This document shows, in pieces, positions 53,388 through 64,000 of a stretch of 64,000 bases of DNA. Origin of the DNA: Eledone cirrhosa (Eukaryota); the NCBI GenBank assembly GCA_964016885.1, contig OZ024740.1, positions 128,154,001 through 128,218,000 of the forward strand. Direction: 5' to 3'. Position numbers and translations under genes: made by a program. The notes beneath the pieces are model-generated. The model was not told where the DNA came from. It saw nothing but the letters and a program-made list of their open reading frames with translations, and did not search any database. The stretch's first letter is position 1; each line of letters begins with the position of its first letter.

Positions 53388-53542
53388 TTCATTATTTCTG
53401 AAGACGGCATATATATGTGTTTGGTATGTATATTTAATTTTGATAGTTTGTATAATTTTGTATAATTTTGTACATAGATCTGTTGAATATGCATGCCAAT
53501 TCTAACACATATATATCCTAGAAACGATCGTTAAATAATGAA
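53388..53542 (+). ncRNA. Type I hammerhead ribozyme with long stem II (homolog of 3988-4123)
   Basis: Stem I TTCATTATTT/AAATAATGAA; CTGAAGA at 53398; GAAA at 53521; ACGATCGT; GUU site; flanks 53310-53600 resemble 3905-4170. Confidence 0.85.
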
Positions 53543-53596
53543 CTTTTTTTGTTTAATATAAGGAACTGCTTCATTGTTTTATTCATTATTTTTTTA

Positions 53597-53635
<39 letters not shown>

Positions 53636-53649
53636 TCTATAGACAAAAA

Positions 53650-54480
53650 TATGTAATAGGATTATTGGTAGATTCATGTAAAAGAAAGATTTTTGTATGT
53701 GGCAGATACTTATGTGAAGTAAGCAAGGGTTAAACCTGAAATAGTGTGCTTCAATTGCCCAGTAGACTCTCTAGAAGTTCTTGATAGTTTTTCTTTTTAC
53801 TTAGGGGACCTAATCGACAGTGGGGGAGGCTGCTCTGAAAGTGTCATTGCCAGTATATGAATGGGCTGAAAGTAGTTTAGGGTGTTAGTAACACTGCTGA
53901 TAATAAAGGGCTTCTCCCTCAGAGAGAGGTGTAGACTGCATGATGCATGCATGCAAACTGCAATGTTACTCATCATCGTAATATAGGTCTGGTCAGCAGA
54001 AGACCTGTGAGAGAAGACAGAAATGATCTACAACCTCTCTAGTCCAGCAGTTAGGGAAAATGCATGCAGTATCCTCTGTAAGGCAGCTGGTGATAAGAAG
54101 AGCATCCATATGTAGAAAATATGCCAAAAAGTGTCAGATGATTCTTAAGTTGTGTTAAGGTCACAACAATCTAACTTGTACTGGTGACATAAATTGCCCC
54201 AGTGGCCCCTGTAAAGTTGTTGTTGACATGAAGGGCATCCAGCCAGAGAAAACTAGTCAAATAAAGGAAAGAAGGAACGTTTCACTTGGCTTAAAGACAT
54301 GACAACCTCCCGAGAGCTGGTGCCATAATAAAATGCAACAAGTGCCCCTGCAGATTTTGACGATTAATTTAGATGATAGCTTACAGTCCAGACTTGGTCT
54401 ATGACAACCGACCCATCTCTTGCTAACAGGAAAACTGGACGTTAAGTGATGACAATGTTGATAATGACAATGATGATACT
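53650..54480 (+). mobile_element. Decayed RTE 3' region
   Basis: LEVLDSF.FYLGDLI..GGGCSESV and GAAGGGCATCCAGC 3'-UTR motifs with a degenerate GAT tail. Confidence 0.7.
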
Positions 54481-57400
54481 CTAAATATGCCCAGCCTTTT
54501 CATTTTAATATTTAAATGTGTAGAAACGAGAGTGTTAGAAGATAAACCACCCACATAAGTAATATATATCTCTTATAATGTCTGAAATTTGGAGTGAATT
54601 TACAGTATTTTTAGAGCATCAGGCATTATTTTGTGATACCTATTTCAGCTCTTTGCATGCTGATTTAAAATGCTGCTGTGGCTTACTTAGATGGTAACTT
54701 TTATCTGTTGCCCATATTAGCGCCAGTACATGGACATTTGGATGCCTCTAGTGGTATTCATCCTGTTCCAAGCATTTGCAATAAATATTTGGTTTGAGGA
54801 TACCTTCCTTTTTCAATTGCAGAGGCCTGAGAAAGAATCATGGCACTAAACAGTAATCATAAAAGTTATTCCACTTGCCACATTAAGTGCTTACTTCACT
54901 GTAACAAAATGTTGTAGTATAATAGCAAACAATCATAACATTCATAAAGCTAAATAGTAAATTCCTGTAAACTAATACAAAATAGCAACTTCAAAATGTT
55001 AACAACTGATTTTACAATGACACTGAACATTAATAAACTTGAATGATGATTGAATACAAACAAACATATGAAATATCTTTTTATACTATTTGTTAGAATG
55101 TTTTTCTAAAACGTCTCAAAAATCAGACAGACTTTGATATAGTAACTAATCACTTTCTATCAATACTATAAGCTGGAACTATTCATTCACAAATACATGA
55201 GAACTGTAATGAAATTAATAAAAACAAGCCAATAGAGACAGGACCAGACAACATCACTTATATACACCTCAAAATCCTAGCAACTTTGTGAATCACAGCT
55301 TAAACAAACACTTTCAATAAGTTATATTGATTCCTGAGTCACAAAGTTTCAATAACATATATCAATGCTGCCAAATCCCCAGGTTAAGGAAACTAAATTA
55401 AATAGTTACAGTTTGCAATCTGAACCAACGTTGCACCAAATCAATATCCTACAGATACAGTGGTTTTCTAAACTCATCATCAAATATATTAAGAAACCTA
55501 TCTGTAGACATCACAAAGCTACATGTCTCTTTTGTGGCTTCTAGCCTCTATATTCTATCATCATACTACATAACCTTAAAGAATTAAGACTAACTTTAAA
55601 AATGTCAACATACATTAAGTGCTATCCTAGCACAGAAACTAGCAAAGATTATTTTATCTATTCTGGTGTTAATTTTTCTTCCTTAACACCCTAGTTGATG
55701 ACAAGATCAAACAATGTGTTACTAACTACACATATCAATGTCCTGACGAAATTAATTACAAGAACAAACTCTCAGGTTTATAACTTTCGAAATAAGAAAG
55801 GAAAAGGTTGTAATTTTATTCACCTTCATTAATTTAAACATTTTTCGTGGCTTCCATTCACACCTTATAGCAGACATAACATTCAATGCTGTGGTTATCA
55901 ACAGTATTACTTTAACTAACTCCCCTGACAGAGTTAAATATCAACTTTAAACACACAAAATATGGACTCCAAGAACTGTTTAATTATCTCTTAAAGTAAT
56001 AATAACTACCGTATCAATCATCAACAGTGCCTAAATATATTACACATGTAACAATAAGAGTGTTAATGCCTGTTTATTTAAATAAGGCAGCCCCCAATAT
56101 AGTTCATAATGATCATTACGTCCATTTTGAGGCAATTTTTGACAGCTGGATACCTCTTGGCACACTCCCTTTACTTTCTTATCACAAAACATTAACACTA
56201 AGTTTTTAGCAACTATAAAATTTAATATTTTAATAGGTCTTGAAGATCTTGTCTACCATTTGGTCTTAAGCATTTTGGCATCTATCTTTCAGAGTTTATA
56301 GTTTAAATTAAAATACATTTTTTAAAGGGAAAATCCTGTATTGTTGAATATATAGTTTACACAGTGATATTTGTGCTGTGTCAATCCAGTTTAGAACAAG
56401 TACACCATATCTTTGCATGTCAAAAATATCTACTAAAGGGGTTTGTAGCAGGAAGGGCATCTGGTTGTAAAACATTTCCTCAAAAGATATGCCATAAGTT
56501 ATGAAATCTGTCTCTAGAGCCCAGGAGGTCAGCCTTTAATTTAGCAGGGAATTTATCTGAGAATATTATTTTATTCCCAATATCATTTTCCATCAACTTT
56601 CTATGCTGACATGCATTGGAGACTAGACAAGTTAAAAAATCTTCTCTCACACATTGGTTCCATTTTTGGTATGGTTATTATAGCTGGATGCCTTTCCTAA
56701 CAATTTTGTAGAATGTATTGGGTGTTTTATTATATGGCATCAGCACTAATGCTGAATGGTCTCTGACATATGGTGTCCAATCTTATGAGAGTAATATCCA
56801 ATAGTGCTAATTCTGACTACTAAAACGTGACTTGGAGCTGATGCTCTATAAAGCTGTTTTATTATGGTGCACTAATGGCACAAAATAGCAACCTTTCCTA
56901 ATTTTTAAATGAAAGACTTTACCTAAAGTAGATGTAGGTTTACACTTAGAAGTGATATCAACAGGAAGCCAGATGAAATTTACTATTTCACATTGTTAGT
57001 CAGTAAAATCTTCATGTAATGCTATAAAACAAGAGACAAGGATGGAAATGCATTGCTCATAACAATCTTCAGGATTTCCACAACTGGTGAAAATAAAAGA
57101 GAACTTATCTTCAAATCAAAGAAATGTCCTCGATGTTTGTAACAAATTGAACTCCAGTACAGATATCTACTCGCAAAGTAAACACCAAAAAAATAGCATC
57201 TGATACTGAGTAATTTTGCCAAACCATTGCTTTGAAATGGACCTTGTTAGTTGTGAAATCATTTAATAAATGTGTCATTAGTAATACCTTTTATAGTACT
57301 GGGAATTTTGATGAGACAGATCCTATATGAAACAACTCCTGATGAAAAGTATATTATTGATTATATCAGGAAAAATCTTTGAAGATCCTGATTTACCCAG

Positions 57401-58399
57401 TTCTGAACACGATTATTACTGAGGTTCTGTAGGTGATTATTCCCTATTACATCTTATAATCTTCATATGATTTATTGTTGTTTCTAAGTGTACTGTACAT
57501 TGTTACTTGGTGTGTAGCAGATGCTATTTACTGTTTTCTCAATTTATATTACAACTTATTTAATATTTTTTCCACTTGCTTATTGTGTACTAATATTAAT
57601 AAAATATATGCTTTGTCTAAATATACTGTCTCTACAGAAGTTCATTCATATATATTGTACTTTGTTGCTTGCTTCGCATCATTTTTTACCAATATATTTA
57701 CTTTGTCTGCATGTACCAATATTCACAGTATGGTATTTGCAAGCTAGAATAAATTAAATCTATTTTCTTTTGAAGATTAATATAATGATACTATATATGA
57801 TTTCTACTTAATTCCACTATATTTTATATTTAAATGCACAGAAATCATGTTTCCCCACAAAAAGAATACATTAAAATCACATGAAACATTAAAATTGATT
57901 TTTTTCCCACAACTATCCCTGTAAAATCAGTCTTATATAAAAGCATGGCTATATAGTATATTCATTCGCTTTTCATTGCTAGCTAGGTTCAAAACCAAAC
58001 CTCTTTACAACAAACAATTTGGTATACAAACAAAAGCATTACTCAATACATGCAATTTGAATCTTCATGTATGTGTGTGTGGTTAATATAACAGATGTAT
58101 TTTCTTATTTATTTCACTAGCTGTATTTAACAGTAAAATATAAAATAAGATGCATACAGTATGATCCATTATTTACAAAGAAGAGAATAAAGAGTTCTTA
58201 GGAATGTTATGAAGTAGTTCATTATTGAAAATGCACAAATCAGGCTAATGAAGCCACTGAGAAGGCCTGTAAAAGTATTTTATGAAAAGTCATCTTTAAA
58301 ATTTTATTCACAAATTTTGAAATAGTTTTTAATGTTACTAAAAGTGGTAGGGTTTTGCTACAAACATGTTTGTTGATTACTCAACAGTATCGTTTTAAT

Positions 58400-60110
58400 A
58401 TTTGTTTACATCTTTTTTAGTCTGGAAGAGTTGCATCTTTGCACACAAAATGATTCCAGACAATTGGTCCACGATAAGGGTAGATGAATTTATGAAATTT
58501 TGTTATGGCATAACTATTACATTTGAATGTTCCCTTAGAATAATCCATTAGATATCTGTGAATATTCTTTATAGATTTTTCTTGAACACATTTTTGTGTA
58601 TAATTGTGATATACTTTGGACATTAATCTCAAGTGACCAGCTAAATATATCTTATAATTGTTTAGTATTTCATTATGAAACATTAAAGAACAAGAGTGGC
58701 AAGTTCTGTGAGCTTTTGATATAATCCTGACTTCACACTTTTGTAAAATATGACATTTACTTAATTTTGTCTTCTTGACAAAATCCTAATCTAGGATTAA
58801 ATATGGAGTAACACAACAATAATATAACAAATTCATCGCTTTGTTGTCCAAAAAGTTATGTCCTTTACAGATTATTTCCAATTTGTGTCGATAATATGAA
58901 TTCTAATGCTTGAATGTACAATATCCAATTCAAATTTTCATCAATAAGGATTCCCAGAACCTTTGTATATCTGGACATTCTGAATTATTTTCAGCCAAAA
59001 TGAAGTTTTGGAGACTGTAAAAGAAAATAAATTTCATTAGCTGATGAACAGAATAGAGTGTACTTAGTTTTATCTATGTTCAAGAAAGCGTATTTGATGA
59101 ATAACAATAATTTATGAGTGATAATTGGTTGTTAATTTCTTTAAATAATATGCAGCAAATATGATAACATAGTGAAGGTGAACTGCTGATGTATATCATT
59201 GACATATATAAGAAAAAGGAGAGGACCTAATATTGAGCCTTGAGGAATACCGTAAGATATTGGTTTGTATTTGGATTCAGTGTCAATTTGCACCTACTGG
59301 TATCTGTTGTCTAAGTAACTTTCGAACCATGCTAGTTCTTTCCCTGTAACTTTTCAAGATTTCCTTTTAATGAGTATTTTATGATCAACAGTGCTGAAAG
59401 TTTTACTGAGGTCGATAAAATTCTCTAAGTGTAACATGTTTATTTAACATAGCTGTCATTAATGAGTTCTGACAGCCCATAGTCTATATGGAAATTCTTT
59501 CAAAAACCAAATTGCTTTTAATATAAAAGATTGTTTTTCTCAAAGAAACTGTAAAGACAAGAGTGCATGAGTCTCTCCAGTTTAGGGAAGACTGTAAAAG
59601 TGATATTGGTCGGTAATTATTAACTTTTGTCTTTGCTCCTGATTAAAAAAGTGGCATTATGTTTACTGCCAATCCACCACTATAGGGTGGTGGATTGGCA
59701 GTATCGGTAGAGGGTCGGACGCGATGCTTTGACGCATAGAGTTACGGCCCTTGCCATTCTGAGTTCAAATCCCGCCGAGGTTAACTTTGCCTTTCATCCT
59801 TACGGGGTCGATAAAATAAAGTACCAGTAAAGTACTGGGTAATTGCTGGCCCTGTGCCAAAAGTAGAAACAATTATGTTTACTATTTTCATTTTATCCAG
59901 AAATAAACCAGATGCAAATGAAGTATTAAAGACATGTAGTAATAGGACTGCTATTGATTCATATGCAATTGTAACAATCTTTGTGCTCAAGGAGCCATAT
60001 CTAGCCACTTTGTTTGTCTTCAGATGAGTGAATGCATTCTTCAATTCCTCATTCATACTAGATATTGAATGTAGTGAACTGAATTACATCAATCAACTGT
60101 CATTATTCTG
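58400..60110 (-). mobile_element. Decayed CR1/L2/Jockey-group LINE RT, interrupted by a SINE
   Basis: Minus strand encodes [19 protein letters not shown] (~59197-59253), NYRPISL, KVLGILIDE and FNTSF.SG.F.DKMK. Confidence 0.8.
59665..59871 (+). mobile_element. tRNA-derived SINE with a 5' foldback, 12-bp TSD
   Basis: TSD ATTATGTTTACT at 59656-59667 and 59872-59883; 59665-59680 is the reverse complement of 59687-59702. Confidence 0.9.
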
Positions 60111-60299
60111 CAATTTAACGACAAGAACTCCCTTTGAACAGACGAATTGATCAATATATTAAAAAAGCAAGTCTAATAAGAAAACCTGGTGCTGAAAACA
60201 AAGATAAAAGTAGAAAAACAAAAATATTACAATAAAAAGACTTTCACTTTTATATCTAAACAGTATCAGAAACTGCAAAACCCAGCTCTCTCCACTATA

Positions 60300-61740
60300 G
60301 TAAAGCTTCATCCATTACCCTGGTGGAACTAGTCCATGTTGGAAAGGAGAAGATCTCACCAACTAAAGGGGAGCAAATGTGGAAGGAGGAAAGAAAACAG
60401 GGTTGAGACAAAGAAGAGCATTTACACAAACAGAGACCTCCACACCATTTGGGCAAGGCAGCCTGGTTGCGGAACACTGGGGAGAGTTGGACATTGACCA
60501 GGCCCTTGAGCTCACTCAATTTTAAGTTGTCAAAGCTTTGGAAAGATGATGACAATTTGTAAGAGGGACTAACTCTGGGAAAATACTACTTAGGAATTGA
60601 CAAGTAATTCCTAAGTATAAAAACCTTTGTCATGCTAAATGTCTATGAGATTTTTTAAGAGCTGCAAAGGTTAGTCAGCTTGGATCGGAAGATGGATTTG
60701 AAGGCTTGGTCAGCAATTAGGGTTCTTAGGGAGCACCACGCTGATGAGAGAGGAGCTGCAATAGAGGGTAATAACTCTGTAAAGAGGTTAACAGTCTGCT
60801 GAAGTGAAGCTGGGAGGTTGGGGAGCCAGAGCTCACATTTGGAACTGTTGATGTGAAGGCCCCTACGACAGAGTTCCTCAATCACCATTTTAAAGATTGC
60901 AAAGACCTTACCTGAAAGGCATCCCAAACAAGCATCATCCAGTCCAGATACCAGCCATTCAAATTTAGGTCAACTCTCACCTTGGTGATGTCATCAATGC
61001 CTTGTGTGAAAAGTGCAGGTCCGAGCAGGTCACTGTGTTGGACCGCTTTGGCAGATACTATGAAATATTCAGCAAAGAAGAGGGCTCCCGATAGGCTTGC
61101 CAAGCAAACTGGTAAAGCTGTAGGGCTCTCTCATTTACTGAATGGAGGATGACATTATGTATGATCGAATTGAAAGCATTCCTGAGATCTAGCTTGATGA
61201 AAATATTGGGAATTTCAGAAGACAAGTTTGTAAATGGTTTGGTGGTGTCAGCGGCAGCCTCATAACCGTGCTTGGTACCCACGCCCTAGCTAAAGACTAA
61301 GAATTCGGCGGTCAGGCACGCTGAAATCATAGACAGACATACTTTCGCAGTGAGCAATCGCAGTATGTACCCAACTGCTATGGGGCAGAATTGACCATTG
61401 GGATTTGTGAGGCCAAACAGTTTAGCACCAAAGAAAATAGGGCAAATATAAGGGAGGACATTCTCGGACAAGATCAGATTAATGAACTCGGTGAAGTTCT
61501 CCATGTGAATCTCTGGCTGACAAAGAAATACAATTCTTGAGGCACTGAAGTCGTAGACCATCAATCCCAGCACCATATGATCGTTCATCCATATCATCGG
61601 AAATGCGTTGCTGTAAAATTTCAAGAAAAAAAAAACTTAAGTGATAGAAAAGCAAGTAAATGGGGAACACAAAATTGTAGATATTGCCGATAACCTCCTT
61701 GGCCCTTCTCCTATCTGATATACCGGAGAAGACATTAAAT
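60300..61740 (-). mobile_element. Decayed CRE-like early-branching LINE RT
   Basis: GAGIDGLR, FFGA.L..L.NP.G..CPIAVG.ILR.L.AK, G.EAA, KLDLRNAFNSI, VQ..DLLGPALF, GWYLD, GL.IN.SKCEL. Confidence 0.75.
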
Positions 61741-61898
61741 GGAATTTCATCTGTTGAGACCCTAAGCTATGTGAAATGTGTGGGCTTTCCATAAAAACAT
61801 TTAGGTAAAAAAATGATATAATAATTCTTATATTAAAGTTTTTATTATTATTACTATTTGGCTCCTTCGGTTGAGCACTCTACTGACTTATATTCATC

Positions 61899-64000
61899 AT
61901 GCAGAAACAACATCTGAATATTTCTACAAAGAACATACTCGTACCAAGCAGGAAAACATATCTAAAACTCCTGATACAGAAAACAGACGCGTTCATTAAA
62001 AGGTTGCGTTGGCGTGCCTTTTATTTCGATAATCCGCGAAAAGCAGACAACAAACAGGATAAATTTGGATTTAAAACCTATAATAACCCTCCGTGGAACC
62101 CAGCATTGCTACCCTTCGAATATGATGTCTTGGAACTCATTCGGAATATCAAATTTCGGAATAGGAGCAATTCCTTCCAGCAAGACCTGAAGAATAGAAT
62201 TCGTTCTATTAAGGATTCTAACGCCGTGCACCTCCATTCCGACAAAACTGGCAACCTATATCAGGTGGAGCGCAGTACTTACCATCAACTACTACATAAT
62301 GCTGTAACTAAGGATTACCGTAAAACTAATCGGTGCGTCATCAATGAAATCAGCGATGCTGGGTTTAAAATCACATCTGATCTCAACATCCTGGACCGGA
62401 TCGAACCTCTGAACCCTATCTCTCCCCACTTTACTCTGAAGGATCACAAATCCAATTTTCCGAACAACCCCTCTATTCGGCTTATTAACCCTACGAAGTC
62501 CGATTTAGGTAGACTTAGTAAAACGATTCTTGATAGGATTATACCTGAAATTAGAAGTTTGGCCCCTCTCGCTCTGTGGAACAATTCTTTCGCGGTGATT
62601 GATTGGTTCAACGGCATATGTAACAAGGATCATTGCCGTTTTATCCAATTCGACATCAACAATTACTACTCCTCCATCACTTTACCACTTCTCCTTAGAG
62701 CTATCAATTTCGCTAAAACACTCACAGTGGTTAAGGATTTTGAAGTTGATGTCATCCTTAATGCCCGAAAGTCGGTGATTAATTTCGACGACTCTATTTG
62801 GATTAAAAAATCCAATAATACCCCATTCGACGTGAGTATGGGCGCCAGTCACTCTGCGGAGGTTACTGATCTTATTGGCCTTTTCCTTCTTTTCTCTATC
62901 AAGGACGAATTCCCCAACGCGGGCGGTGGTTTGTACCGTGACGATCGTCTTTTGACCATGACTAAGTGCGGACCTCGTGCTTGCGACAGGTTCAGAAAAG
63001 AACTCACAGCCTTCTTTAAAGGCTTCAACCTCTCTATACGGGTTGAGGCCAATCTCTCGGTCGTTAATTACCTCGACGTTACCCTCAATTTATTGAATGG
63101 GTTGTATTACCCGTATAGAAAGCCGAATGATACGCTTAATTACATAAGTAAGCATTCCAACCATCCTGCCAGCATAACCATGAACCTGGTAAGAAACGTT
63201 TCGTTGAGGCTTTCCCGTCTTTCCACCAACGAGCGCATTTTCAACGACCATTCCACTTATTACAATGAAGCTCTTGCTCGAAGTGGATTTGTCGATAAGG
63301 TAGCATATACTGAGTACGAAAATAGACCTAGAAGAAATAGATCCCGTCGCATTTGTTGGTTTAACCCACCATATAATATGGAGGTAGCCGCACCATTAGC
63401 TAAGATCTTTCTTTCCCTTATTACGAAGCATTTTCCCCCTACACATAAATATAGTAAAATTTTTAAAAGAAATACTATTAAAATTTCTTACTCTACGACT
63501 CCTAACCTTGCACATAACATCACAGCTTCAAATTTAGCTAAACTACCTAGCCGTAGGAACACGTGCAACCCGGTAGTTAGTACTAACTGTAATTGTAGGA
63601 ATCGGGCTGATTGCCCCCTATCCGGGAAATGCCTCTCTAGTAACATTGTCTACAAATGTAAGGTTGTAACACCCACGTCCCGTAGGGCCTACATAGGGTT
63701 AACCGCCAATAGTTTCAAGCAGCGTCTTTACATGCATACCCATTCTTTTCGTTACCCTCTAAGAAGGAATATGACGTCACTTTCAGCTTATATCTGGAGT
63801 CTAAAAGACAACCACACCCAATAGAAGTTACACTGGGAGATCCTAGCTAGGGCTAGATCGTATAACGGAAATACAAGACCATGTGACCTCTGCGCCGCTG
63901 AGGCCCTGGAAATACTCTACGCCACAGACCACATCTTAAACAAAAAATCTGAGGCAATTTCGGCTTGTAAACATAAATTGCACAAAACTTTCCTGTATTA
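61899..64000 (+). CDS. PLE family A RT + GIY-YIG ORF, nearly intact (641 aa open, then one premature TAG at 63822-63824; runs off window)
   Basis: Continuous ORF with all PLE motifs; sister copies have TAT at this codon and the frame continues (KLHWEILARARSYNGN..CDLC). Confidence 0.92.

Noticed and set aside
56920-57760. Short hydrophobic ORFs (57022-57222, 57475-57747) as receptor exons
   Set aside because: AT-rich composition explains the hydrophobicity; no motifs, and neighbouring frames have many stops.
63822-63824. Programmed readthrough or selenocysteine recoding in the PLE ORF
   Set aside because: The codon is TAG, not TGA, and the sister copies at ~18953 and ~42388 have TAT, so it is a simple nonsense change.

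Overview
AT-rich, microsatellite-dense eukaryotic DNA made almost entirely of transposable-element remnants. No host protein-coding gene, rRNA, tRNA or CRISPR array is supported. The repeat landscape ((TA)n/(CA)n tracts, RTE LINEs with (ATG)n tails, a tRNA-headed SINE) resembles a coleoid cephalopod such as Octopus; this is inference only. Recognisable elements are two families of Penelope-like retroelements (PLEs; RT + C-terminal GIY-YIG, one copy nearly intact at 61899), RTE, R4/Dong-type, CRE-like and CR1/L2-type LINE remnants, a Ty3/Gypsy LTR-gag-pro-RT fragment, hAT-like and mariner transposase relics, and several young SINE copies with target-site duplications. Three unlabelled signals stand out. 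(1) About ten type I hammerhead-ribozyme (HHR) folds lie at PLE termini and in short non-coding (TA)n-embedded elements; they include a family-wide CAGAAGA core variant and a long-stem-II family with a compensatory base-pair change. (2) A ~400-bp foldback at 43027-43421 has nine arm mismatches that are all G.U on the + strand, consistent with an ADAR-edited hairpin RNA written back into DNA. (3) Inverted and foldback insertion architectures recur across the window. All folds and alignments were done by eye.
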